64,000 nt of DNA from Hyphomicrobiales bacterium (GCA_038212905.1 JBBQUA010000003.1:76-64075); one strand, 5' to 3'; numbered from the stretch's first letter, positions 42,432 to 51,289 are shown. The notes: a model not told the origin generated them from the letters alone. A program made the numbers and translations.

Positions 42432-42730
42432 TATGACACTTCGACCCCCCCGTGACGCTCTAGTGACGCATGGAGTTTTGGAAGTGTCACCGACGAGAAA
42501 CCCCTGCGACACAGAAACAACTTGCATCGGCATGACGCTATGACGCTTCAACACACACATTTTTCATCTATAGGGAAAAGGAAGAGCGTGTCACGATGGC
42601 AGGGGTGCGTCGGGGGAAAGTGTGCGTGGGCGGGGTGGGGAAATTGCTGTCATAGTGTCACGAGCGTCATCTCTTTCGAAATACTATATCAGCCTCAATG
42701 GGGTAGAGCGCTGACGCTTCGCGTGACGCC
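42432..42730. other. Putative replication origin with TGAC(G/A)C iteron-like repeats
   Basis: About 11 TGACGC/TGACAC-type motifs in both orientations in the non-coding gap after the primase-helicase. Confidence 0.6.
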
Positions 42731-42751
42731 TTCACCTGAAGCGCCCAAATC

Positions 42752-43042
42752 ATGCGCGTAAAATCACCACAGAGCATTGTCAGCCCTCCGATGCCGCCAC
42801 CGCCTGCCGCCGCACCGGTATCACCGGCCGAACGCAAGCGTCTCCAGCGCCAGCGCGCGGACGCTGGGGCCGTCGTCCTGCCTGCGGCTACTGTGCTGCC
42901 ACCCAACACCGTTGACGGCATGGTGGCGGCGCGGTGGTGCACCCAATGGGACGCCGATAACGATCCGGCCGCCGTCGCCAGAAAGCTGCTTCAGCAGCTG
43001 GCCGATATATTCGGTGCGGATGACGATGACGGTCACGCGTGA
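42752..43042 (+). CDS. Hypothetical protein (element)
   Basis: ORF co-oriented between the ori and the capsid gene. Confidence 0.45.
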   Translation: MRVKSPQSIVSPPMPPPPAAAPVSPAERKRLQRQRADAGAVVLPAATVLPPNTVDGMVAARWCTQWDADNDPAAVARKLLQQLADIFGADDDDGHA

Positions 43043-43076
43043 CAATCTGGGATTTGCGAAGGCGTACAATTGCGCC

Positions 43077-44162
43077 ATGACACAGAACAGCAGGTTATCA
43101 CCGATCCCCGCGCGCCTCGATTTCCGCGCGCTCCGCAATCGCGCCGCCGCCTTGGTGCCCAACGCTGGAACGGTCGCGCTACTCGCGAACGTTCGCAAAC
43201 TCTACCCGCGCGAAATCCTCGAAACAGACTTTCCCGGTGATCGCGAACTTGCCGACATAGTCACGAAAGCCGAGAGCAATCCGACATCAATAAGCAACAC
43301 TGGCGCGTTGACCACGTTGGCAGTGCCATCGTTTTTCGCATCGCTTGGTCCGGCATCGGCGCTGAGTCCGCTGCTGAGCGCGGCCGGTTTCCAATACATC
43401 TGGGACAAAGGCTCCAGCTATCTGATCAACATCGCGTCGCTACTCAGCGATCCGACTGCAGGAAGCTTTCCCGGCGAAGGCCAACCGATTCCGGTCAGAA
43501 CGCTCGCGGTCGGCGACAACGCGTTGGCGCGGCATGTCCTGAAATCAATATCGGTTTTCAGCCGCGAGACATTCCAGCATTCGACGCCGAACATTCTAAC
43601 GACGGTGCAGGCAGCCGTCACTGAGAACACGAACCTCGCGGGTGAGGTTTCAGCGTTCGATGCGAACGCAGCGACGGCAGCCCGGCCGCCCGGTTTGCGA
43701 TTCGGTATAGCGGCAACGCCGGGCGTGTCTGCGAACGCGAACACATTCGAAGCGATGAAAGAAGACGTTCGGTTGATCTTGACGACGTTGGGTCCGATCA
43801 GCGGCAATGCGCCGGTTATCCTGATCGCTTCACCGTCGCAAGGTTGGGCGTTGAAGCTGATGGCCGAGACACTGCCGTTCACCGTCTTGATCTCATCGTC
43901 AGTCGCGGACGGTGTCGTGATCGGCATCGCCTCCAATGCGCTGGCGGTGGCTTACGATGCGTCGCCAACTTACGACGTGGCCGATACCGGCGTTCTGCAT
44001 TTCGACACAGTGCCCGCTCCGATCAACGTCGGTGGTTTAGCTGCTTCGAAGTCGCTCGATCTATGGCAGTCCGACTTGATCGCGCTGAAGGTTTCGTTGG
44101 GTGTGAGTTGGGGCTTGCGCTCACCGGGCGGGTTAGTCTGGCTTCAGAACGTAGTCTGGTAA
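43077..44162 (+). CDS. HK97-fold major capsid(-like) protein (alternative start 43020)
   Basis: GEGQPIPV, KSISVFSRE, RPPGLRFG and C-terminal LWQSDLIALKVSLGVSWGLRSPGGLVWLQNVVW resemble phage capsid proteins. Confidence 0.75.
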   Translation: MTQNSRLSPIPARLDFRALRNRAAALVPNAGTVALLANVRKLYPREILETDFPGDRELADIVTKAESNPTSISNTGALTTLAVPSFFASLGPASALSPLLSAAGFQYIWDKGSSYLINIASLLSDPTAGSFPGEGQPIPVRTLAVGDNALARHVLKSISVFSRETFQHSTPNILTTVQAAVTENTNLAGEVSAFDANAATAARPPGLRFGIAATPGVSANANTFEAMKEDVRLILTTLGPISGNAPVILIASPSQGWALKLMAETLPFTVLISSSVADGVVIGIASNALAVAYDASPTYDVADTGVLHFDTVPAPINVGGLAASKSLDLWQSDLIALKVSLGVSWGLRSPGGLVWLQNVVW

Positions 44163-44168
44163 ATTCTG

Positions 44169-44417
44169 ATGAAGTCTTCGACGAAAACTATAACCGAAAC
44201 TATAACCGCTGTTTCCAGACTACCAACCGAAGATCGCATTGGATTGTTGATGGCGACGATAATAGGCCGTGAGGGCGAAGCGGTCGCATGCGCGATGAAA
44301 ATGTTAGGCGCGATTTCATATCTCGCGGAACGCTTCACACTGACCGACAAAGTAAAAATGGCCGAAGTTTTGCGCGACGCCGCCGACGATGTTGAACACC
44401 GCCACGCTGGAGTTTAG
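44169..44417 (+). CDS. Hypothetical protein (element)
   Basis: Tightly packed ORF after the capsid gene. Confidence 0.55.
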   Translation: MKSSTKTITETITAVSRLPTEDRIGLLMATIIGREGEAVACAMKMLGAISYLAERFTLTDKVKMAEVLRDAADDVEHRHAGV

Positions 44418-44420
44418 AAG

Positions 44421-44855
44421 ATGGATCATCAATCGATCATCGAACGCGCACGCGAAGCCGCTGCACCGTCCGAACCAGATCACAAACCGCGTCGCTCATA
44501 TGCAGGCGATCCCGATTGGCAGCTGCCCAAGTCCAAGTCCGCGCCCGAACCGACGCACGAGCAGCGCGCCGTCGCGCTGATGGCTCATGTTGATCAACTC
44601 ATCGATGCGAAGATCAACGAAGTGATCGACGCGGTCGGCGCTGAGTCCGGATGCGCCGAAAAAGCCTTGGTGCAAAAATATGACAGCGCGCTCGACGCGA
44701 TGCGCGATGAGATGCAGCGCCAGATCGATTCGCTGGCCGCAACCGTCGCCGATCTCGCATCGCGGGTCGAAGAGATTGCGGGTGACAGTGACGCCGCAGC
44801 GGTTGATCGCAACGTCGGCAACATCACTCAGATTCGAAGTGGACGAGCGGCATGA
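44421..44855 (+). CDS. Hypothetical coiled-coil protein (element)
   Basis: GGAG RBS; heptad-like acidic helix. Confidence 0.6.
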   Translation: MDHQSIIERAREAAAPSEPDHKPRRSYAGDPDWQLPKSKSAPEPTHEQRAVALMAHVDQLIDAKINEVIDAVGAESGCAEKALVQKYDSALDAMRDEMQRQIDSLAATVADLASRVEEIAGDSDAAAVDRNVGNITQIRSGRAA

Positions 44856-45082
44856 CGCAGATCGATGGTGCGAGTCACGATTACAATCTGCTTCGCAAAT
44901 TCTTGTCTAACGTGGTTATTGATTCATCTCCGCCGACTCGCGTTGCGCTGGGTCTAGCGACGGCAATCGAAGAACTCGTTTCAACGTCCGAGCTGGATGA
45001 TCGAGTCGCAGTTGCCGCCATTCTGGTTTCTATCGCTCGCGGAATTTCCAGCGATGCGCGAGCAGAGGTCAAGGCGAATTAA
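44852..45082 (+). CDS. Hypothetical protein (element)
   Basis: ATGA overlap with the previous ORF. Confidence 0.55.
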   Translation: MTQIDGASHDYNLLRKFLSNVVIDSSPPTRVALGLATAIEELVSTSELDDRVAVAAILVSIARGISSDARAEVKAN

Positions 45083-45120
45083 AGGTGCGCTACGTTGGGT
45101 ATGTAGCGCACCTTTTGTTT
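45081..45120 (+). terminator. Rho-independent terminator
   Basis: AAAGGTGCGCTAC/GTAGCGCACCTTT stem followed by TGTTT. Confidence 0.75.
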
Positions 45121-45285
45121 CGCGAGGTCAAGGCGAATTAAAGAATTCGAGCGGAGGTGCTTCCCAGTTCTTCCGTTCGATAAAGTCCGGCACGTCGCGG
45201 GATGCGGTCCATCGCCCGCGACGTGTCGGCAACGGCGGCCAGCGCTTTCTTGCTCCAGAGATGATGGGCGCTGGCCGCTCAATCA

Positions 45286-45630
45286 ATGCAATGCGGAAGG
45301 GATAACCACCACTTGGCCCGACAGAGTCCTGAAATCTATTCCAACTCCAGCCGATGGCGGAAGCGCAGTGAGCAGCACCGCAAGGCGCACCCATTGTGCG
45401 CTGAGTGTGAGCGCCAAGGCCGGACAACGATAGCGCGACTGTGCCATCACATAACCCCTATCGACGGCAGCCTTACCAGAGCATTGCTTGAACCGATTGA
45501 ATCGCTGTGCCACGATTGTCATCAGGTCATGCATGGTCGCAACAAATCTCGGGGATTCCTCCAAGACATTGGCCCCGATGGCTGGCCGGTTGATCCGAAA
45601 CATCCCGTCTACGGGGACGGCAAACAGTGA
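45286..45630 (+). CDS. Phage packaging-associated HNH endonuclease
   Basis: WRKRS...HPLCAEC...HHITP...LCHDCH...GPDGWPVDPKHP. Confidence 0.85.
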   Translation: MQCGRDNHHLARQSPEIYSNSSRWRKRSEQHRKAHPLCAECERQGRTTIARLCHHITPIDGSLTRALLEPIESLCHDCHQVMHGRNKSRGFLQDIGPDGWPVDPKHPVYGDGKQ

Positions 45631-45644
45631 ATAAGCGAAATTGA

Positions 45645-45720
45645 CGGGCCGGGGGGGCGTCTTTGAATTACTGCAGCGACGGATGTAACGGTTCGCGCTT
45701 GCCTTGACTCACTTTTAAAT
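45645..45720 (+). other. Putative cos/packaging region
   Basis: G7 tract at 45651-45657 between HNH and terS, the usual cos position in HNH-assisted cos phages. Confidence 0.45.
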
Positions 45721-45761
45721 CCGGAAATCCGGGCGTGTAAATCCAAAACGAGGAAAATCCG

Positions 45762-46112
45762 ATGAAACAGACTGGCAGAAAATCCGCCGCAACAGCGACG
45801 ATCACCGCGCTTCGTCCGGCCGCAACCAAGTTCGATCCGCCGACATGCCCGGCCGATCTCGGCGAACCTGAGCATGCAATTTGGGACCATATCCACCGCG
45901 ACTACATTTTGAATCGCAGCGGCTGCCATGTGCTGGCCGCGACATTGAGGGCGCATCAGGCATCCCGTGAATGTCGCGCGCAAATCAAGATCGATGGCAA
46001 GACGATCAAGGATCGGAACGGCAATCGTCGCGCCCATCCGCTGCTCAGTCATGAGCATTCGAACTTCTCGGCATTCCTCGCAGGCCTTCGCGCCTTGAAC
46101 GTGGAGATGTAG
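45762..46112 (+). CDS. Terminase small subunit (P27-like)
   Basis: PADLGEPEHAIW...IDGKTIKDRNGNRRAHPLL...LRALN; GAGG RBS; follows the HNH gene. Confidence 0.75.
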   Translation: MKQTGRKSAATATITALRPAATKFDPPTCPADLGEPEHAIWDHIHRDYILNRSGCHVLAATLRAHQASRECRAQIKIDGKTIKDRNGNRRAHPLLSHEHSNFSAFLAGLRALNVEM

Positions 46113-46117
46113 CCACA

Positions 46118-46579
46118 GTGGCCGAACGTCGCGACAATGTCGGCAGCGAGCAGCTGCCACAACCTTGGGAAGCAGGCCGTGGCCCGCTGAGCGAAAAGGG
46201 CTGGGCCATCCATCGCGATTACCTGATGTCGAACGAAGTGCCGGGATCGCGGCCCGTCGAATATTTCATGTACGATCTTGGCATCGAGCCGCCGGATAAT
46301 CCGACGTGGTATCTGTGGCGCAACGAGTTGCTGGAGCCTGCCGAAAAATCCATCGTCGAAGGCTGGTGGCGTTCTGATTTCAATCGAGCGGTCGAGGGCG
46401 AAACGCGGCATCTGCGCTTCCCTACTATCGAAGGCAAGAATCGCGACAAGCGCGAAAACGGCAATGGCTGGAATGAAATTCTGCCCGAACTGATAACGCA
46501 GTGGAACGCCGAACATGCGCGCACCGCCAAGACCGTTCGCGATATCATCGATGGTCAGGCACCACCGGAGGAAGCGTAG
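46118..46579 (+). CDS. Hypothetical Trp-rich protein (element)
   Basis: ORF 5 bp after terS. Confidence 0.55.
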   Translation: MAERRDNVGSEQLPQPWEAGRGPLSEKGWAIHRDYLMSNEVPGSRPVEYFMYDLGIEPPDNPTWYLWRNELLEPAEKSIVEGWWRSDFNRAVEGETRHLRFPTIEGKNRDKRENGNGWNEILPELITQWNAEHARTAKTVRDIIDGQAPPEEA

Positions 46580-46600
46580 TGGGCGGGAAAGCATGACACC

Positions 46601-46828
46601 ATGCGCGGCGCAAACGTCAAACCGATGCTGGGCAAAAGATTCGGACGGCTCGTTGTCATCGCCCGCGCCGGATGGCGGAAGCATTCACCCGGCACCCGCG
46701 CCGCGACGTGGCGTTGTCGATGCGATTGCGGCGTGGTCATTGTTCGCAGCGGAATTAAATTGAGATCAAAGGGCGTTCGTTCCTGCGGATGCATCCGGCG
46801 AGAGCGGGCGATATTGAATCTGAGATAG
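46601..46828 (+). CDS. Small Cys-rich phage domain protein (homing endonuclease N-terminus-like)
   Basis: GKRFGRLVVI...WRCRCDCG...SCGC. Confidence 0.6.
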   Translation: MRGANVKPMLGKRFGRLVVIARAGWRKHSPGTRAATWRCRCDCGVVIVRSGIKLRSKGVRSCGCIRRERAILNLR

Positions 46829-46950
46829 CTGGGCCGCGCGGTCGATCTGTCAAACAGACGCAAGCGCAGTGTTCTATTTTGCTCAACTTGAGCCATATCA
46901 ATCTGGCAAGGCAGCTGATGGCGCAGACCGAACGCCAAAGGAGCACACCA

Positions 46951-47274
46951 ATGTCTCGTAAATTCTTACTCTCGGCTGCTTTCGCACTTTGCGCGGCCAC
47001 TGCTTCCGCTGGCGACAATCCTTTCATCGGCTACTCCTACGATGAGCCATATAACGTCGTCGAGACCATCAAGACCAACTGCAAAGGCGATCAGCGCTGT
47101 GTAGGTCTCGCTTTAGACCTTTATCGAGCAAATCACCCTGAGCGGCGACGCGAAATTCTGATCTCCAACTGCTCTTTGGCAGGCTTGATGGGTGATGAGG
47201 CAGGCGAAAAAAAGCAATGTGCAGAGGCAATGGCAGATCAGAAGATGCGGGGAATTAAGGCCCCCCGCCCATAG
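46951..47274 (+). CDS. Secreted Cys-containing hypothetical protein (cargo)
   Basis: AAGGAG RBS; signal peptide MSRKFLLSAAFALCAATASA; four Cys in the mature part. Confidence 0.65.
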   Translation: MSRKFLLSAAFALCAATASAGDNPFIGYSYDEPYNVVETIKTNCKGDQRCVGLALDLYRANHPERRREILISNCSLAGLMGDEAGEKKQCAEAMADQKMRGIKAPRP

Positions 47275-47366
47275 CTGCCTCACCCGCATGCACGGCGCTG
47301 AAACTTCCAAGCTGTTCGCCATCACAGGGGCGTTGATGGGGGATGGGGGTTGTGGTAGGGGAAGTG

Positions 47367-48164
47367 ATGAGCCTTACAGAGCGCAAAACCCATTTTGAAT
47401 TTGGCGAGAACTGGCGCGACTACGCCAAGACGATTGACGCATCACGGATCAATGAGGCAGTCGTAGCGTTGAGCAAACTATTCCCGGATGGCCTAGCTGG
47501 AAAAACATTCTTGGACATCGGATGCGGGTCGGGCCTTCACGCCCTTGCCGCGCTTGAACTTGGAGCCGCATCGGTTACCGCGGTCGATATTGACGAAAAT
47601 TCCGTCAGCACCACGCGGGATATACTTACTAGGTTCGCACCGGGGAAAATATGGTCCGCGAATGTCGTTTCTGTTTTTGATCTGACTGGCACATTTGATG
47701 TTGTATATTCGTGGGGCGTGCTGCACCACACGGGGGACCTGTGGCGGGCAATCGATCATGCGGCAACCTTGGTAAACACCGGCGGACTTCTTGCCATTGC
47801 GATCTACACCAAGTCGCCACGCTGTGAGCAGTGGCGCAAAGTAAAACACTTCTACAAAGATAGCCCCAGGTTCGTTCAGGCAGTCATGCGCGGCATCTAT
47901 ATGACTGCATTTCTGGGTTTTCTTCCGGTCACCGGATGGGACCCAATCGGGTTTGTCAGAAACTACAAGCGTGACCGAGGCATGAATTTTTCCAATAATG
48001 TTCATGATTGGTTGGGTGGATATCCTTATGAATCTGCCTCGGTTGCTGAGATGAGCGCGGCCCTGAGAAAGATGAATCTACAAGAGGTTCGTACTTTTGC
48101 AGTCGATCCGGGGAATGGTATTTGGGGTGCCGGTTGTAGCGAGTATGTCTACCTCAGGGAATGA
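47367..48164 (+). CDS. Class I SAM-dependent methyltransferase (cargo)
   Basis: FLDIGCGSG, FDVVYSWGVLHHTG, DWLGGYPYE. Confidence 0.88.
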   Translation: MSLTERKTHFEFGENWRDYAKTIDASRINEAVVALSKLFPDGLAGKTFLDIGCGSGLHALAALELGAASVTAVDIDENSVSTTRDILTRFAPGKIWSANVVSVFDLTGTFDVVYSWGVLHHTGDLWRAIDHAATLVNTGGLLAIAIYTKSPRCEQWRKVKHFYKDSPRFVQAVMRGIYMTAFLGFLPVTGWDPIGFVRNYKRDRGMNFSNNVHDWLGGYPYESASVAEMSAALRKMNLQEVRTFAVDPGNGIWGAGCSEYVYLRE

Positions 48165-48391
48165 TTGCATCCCAAAGCGCAGCAAGGTCCGTCATTCCGG
48201 CATAGGTAAAATCGATTTGTGAAGTGCGCTTGGTATCTCCGATAGAGTCGGAATTAGCGCCAAGAGCTACGGCGCTGAGTCATCTGGCTCAATTGCTCTC
48301 GGGGACATTCCAGAGACACAAGCCGAAGCCGATTTCCAACAACCGGCTGATATCACAGCGCAAAAATCAACAATCCATTGTTGTCCACTTT

Positions 48392-48402
48392 CCCTTGTAG
48401 GG
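48392..48402. repeat. Right att core CCCTTGTAGGG
   Basis: Identical to 37418-37428. Confidence 0.9.
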
Positions 48403-48948
48403 GACGGCAGTGAGGTCGATTTTGGCCAGACTCTTCAGCAGTTCGCCGGCCAGATGCGTCGACGTCCCGGTCCCGGCATGAGCGAAGGACAGGCTTCCCG
48501 GCTTGGCGCGCGCCTGCGCGAGCATGTCGCCGAGCGTCTTGAATGGAGAATCGGCGCGCACCAGCAGGATGTTGGGCGACGATCCCAGCAACGAAATCGG
48601 CGTGAACTCCCTGAACGTGTCATAGGGAATTTTCGGGTACAGCAGCGGGTTGGTGGCGTGACCGCTGGCGACGACGATCAGGGTGTATCCGTCCGGCGGC
48701 GAAGCGATGAGCGCCTGCGACGCGATCACCCCGCCGGCACCCGGCCGGTTTTCAATGACCACGGACTGGCCCCACTGCTTCGAAACCACCTCGCCCAGTG
48801 TGCGCGCGAGGATATCCACGCCGCCGCCGGCAGCGTAGGGCACAAAAATACGCACCGGCTTGGATGGAAACGATGACTGCGCGGATGCAATCCCGACCGC
48901 CGCAAATGTCGCGACCGTCGTAGCGGCCAACCCTATCCACCTGCGCAT
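48392..48948 (-). pseudogene. N-terminal half of the split Bug/TctC gene
   Basis: MRRWIGLAA...VPYAAGGGVD...ENRPGAGG...PDGYT...LTAVPYKG, then element-derived KWTTMDC and stop. Confidence 0.92.
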
Positions 48949-49195
48949 GACATTCCTCCCGGTATTCTTTATTTCCATTTCTCTTATCACACGCCAGCAT
49001 AGCCAGGGCATCGCCGGTAGATGCAGATCAGGATACGGTCCGCGCATGTTGACAATCCCTGAGATCGCGTCAAGTTTCGGCGTCACCGATGGCAAGCAGC
49101 GATCTCAGGGAGATCGCGTCAAGTTTCGGCGCCTCACAGGGTCGGCAGCGACCACGTCGCGAACGAAACATCGTCGCGAAACAAGGGATAATTCG

Positions 49196-49753
49196 ATGGC
49201 GGTTGCCGAAACACAGACAGCGCCTCCACCTTCGCAGGAGAGGAGCTGGCAAGACATCGCGTTGCAGACGCTCAAGCGCAACGATGTGCGGCTGGTGCCC
49301 TACGTTCCCGACCGCATCCTGACGGCCCTGATCAGGAACATCCACGCCGATCCGTTCTTCACCACCTTCCCCACCGCGCGTGAAGAAGAAGCCGTCGGCA
49401 TCGTCGCCGGCGCCTGGATGGCCGGCATGCGCGGCGCCGTGCTGATGCAGACATCCGGCTTCGCCACGCTGGCCAACGTACTGGCGTCGCTGGCGATCCC
49501 CTACCAGATTCCGCTGATCATGTTCGTGACGGAGCGTGGCACGCTCGGCGAATTCAACTACGGCCAGTCGCTGGTCTGCCGCACCATGAGGCCGGTGCTG
49601 GATTCGCTGGCGATGGAGCATCACACCTGCACCCGGCTCGACGAGTTCGAGTTCATCGCCGATCGATCGATCAAGCAGGCCATCACCACGCAGGCGCCGG
49701 TGGCGTTGATCCTTTCGCCGCTGCTGACCGGCGGCAAGGTCTTCGACAAGTGA
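49196..49753 (+). CDS. ThDP decarboxylase alpha subunit (ComD/Ppd-like)
   Basis: YVPD, REEEAVGIVAGA, MQTSG. Confidence 0.85.
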   Translation: MAVAETQTAPPPSQERSWQDIALQTLKRNDVRLVPYVPDRILTALIRNIHADPFFTTFPTAREEEAVGIVAGAWMAGMRGAVLMQTSGFATLANVLASLAIPYQIPLIMFVTERGTLGEFNYGQSLVCRTMRPVLDSLAMEHHTCTRLDEFEFIADRSIKQAITTQAPVALILSPLLTGGKVFDK

Positions 49754-50376
49754 GTAACGCCATGAACACGGCCACCAACCTCCCTGCCCGCAACACCAAG
49801 GTGATGAACCGGTTCGACATCACCTCGAGGCTGGTCGCGAAGCTGAAGCACGAGGAAGCCGTGATCGGCGGCATCGGCAATACCAACTTCGATCTTTGGG
49901 CCGCCGGGCATCGTCCGCAGAACTTTTATATGCTCGGCAGCATGGGACTGGGCTTCCCGATCGCGCTCGGCGTCGCGCTGGCACAGCCGCAACGCCGCAT
50001 CTTCGGGCTCGAGGGCGATGGTTCGTTGCTGATGCAGATGGGCTGCCTCGCGACCATCGCGACGCTGGCGCCGAAAAATCTCACCATGATCCTGATGGAC
50101 AACGGCATCTATCAGATCACCGGTGCGCAACCGACCCCTGCCGCCGCGGTGGCGGATATCGTCGCCATCGCCATAGCTTCCGGCCTTTCCAACAGCGCCT
50201 GGGCGGCCGACGAGGAAGACTTCGAACGTCTGGTCGATCGATCGCTGTCGGCTTCCGGCCCGACGCTGATCGGGGTGCGCATCGACGACAAGCCCGGCGT
50301 CGGCGCCACCCGCCGGGATCCGGTACAGATCAGAGAGCGCTTCATGCTCGGCCTCGGCGTGCGGGAAGCGCTATAG
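49750..50376 (+). CDS. ThDP decarboxylase beta subunit (ComE/Ppd-like)
   Basis: NFYMLGSMG, EGDGSLLM, DNGIYQITG. Confidence 0.85.
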   Translation: MSNAMNTATNLPARNTKVMNRFDITSRLVAKLKHEEAVIGGIGNTNFDLWAAGHRPQNFYMLGSMGLGFPIALGVALAQPQRRIFGLEGDGSLLMQMGCLATIATLAPKNLTMILMDNGIYQITGAQPTPAAAVADIVAIAIASGLSNSAWAADEEDFERLVDRSLSASGPTLIGVRIDDKPGVGATRRDPVQIRERFMLGLGVREAL

Positions 50377-50453
50377 GATCAGGCATTAACCAACGGGCAT
50401 CGCCACTTCGCATCTGCGAAATATCCGGCCCACAAACGTGTTATCCGGTGGCG

Positions 50454-50810
50454 ATGACCATCTTCTTAAAAATGCTCGCCTGGCTGCTGGCCGCAGCAGT
50501 TGTTTTCGCCACGCTGGGACCGCCGGGTTTGCGGCCGCATTCCGATCTTGGACAGGACGGTGAGCATGCCCTTGCCTTTGTCCTGATCGGGCTGGCCTTC
50601 GGCCTCGCCTATTCGCAGCGCCGATGGCTGACGGCGATGATGGCGGTCGCGGTGATCGGAGTAATTGAAATCCTCCAGTTCTGGGCGCCGGGACGGCATG
50701 CGAGATGGTCGGATTTCGTGGTCGACGCGCTGGCGGCCTGTGCCGGCCTCGCGCTCGCGGCCGGTATCGGCCGGATCATTGGGCGATACCGCCTCGCAAA
50801 ACTGTCCTGA
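50454..50810 (+). CDS. VanZ-like membrane protein
   Basis: EHALAF, EILQFWAPGRHARWSD. Confidence 0.75.
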   Translation: MTIFLKMLAWLLAAAVVFATLGPPGLRPHSDLGQDGEHALAFVLIGLAFGLAYSQRRWLTAMMAVAVIGVIEILQFWAPGRHARWSDFVVDALAACAGLALAAGIGRIIGRYRLAKLS

Positions 50811-50868
50811 CAAGCAAAATCCCCGCAGGGTAACGTCCCCGCGAGGATTGATCTTGCCGATCGACCGG

Positions 50869-51261
50869 TTAGTCGATGATCTTGATGATCTTGCGCGTGC
50901 GCGGCTCGACGATCACCCGGCGGTCATTGACCACGGCGTAGCGGTATTCGGTGTGGCTCGGAACCGTTCGCAGTTCCACACTTGCCGGCAGCGGTTCACC
51001 AACCACGATTTTCTCGCGAACGGTAACCGACGGCGCGCGTTCGCCCTGGATCGAGGTGATTACGGCGTTCGGGATTTCGAGACCCAGACCAACCGCAGCA
51101 CCGACCGTGCCACCGACGGCTTCACCGATCGGACCCGCTACGGAACCACCAGCCGCGGCACCGGTACGGGCGCCCTCAACCGTGGTGGATTGAGCGAATG
51201 CGGCGCTCGATGCGAGCAGCGACGCAGCAACGATTGAAACGGTAAGACGATTAGTCATCAT
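50869..51261 (-). CDS. DUF1236-like secreted protein
   Basis: Signal peptide; VGEPLP..VEL..VP; YRYAVVNDRRVIVEPRTRKII. Confidence 0.8.
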   Translation of the reverse strand: MMTNRLTVSIVAASLLASSAAFAQSTTVEGARTGAAAGGSVAGPIGEAVGGTVGAAVGLGLEIPNAVITSIQGERAPSVTVREKIVVGEPLPASVELRTVPSHTEYRYAVVNDRRVIVEPRTRKIIKIID

Positions 51262-51289
51262 ATGCTCCATGAAATTGACGATACAGGTC

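Larger units (their letters stand above)
37418..48402 (+). mobile_element. ~11 kb integrated phage satellite-like element (PICI-like)
   Basis: 11-bp terminal direct repeat, integrase at one end, replication and packaging genes, interrupted host gene, visibly lower GC than flanks. Confidence 0.9.

Noticed and set aside
37418-48402. Complete prophage or capsid-forming PICI
   Set aside because: No recognisable large terminase, portal, protease, head-tail, tail or lysis genes between intact att sites
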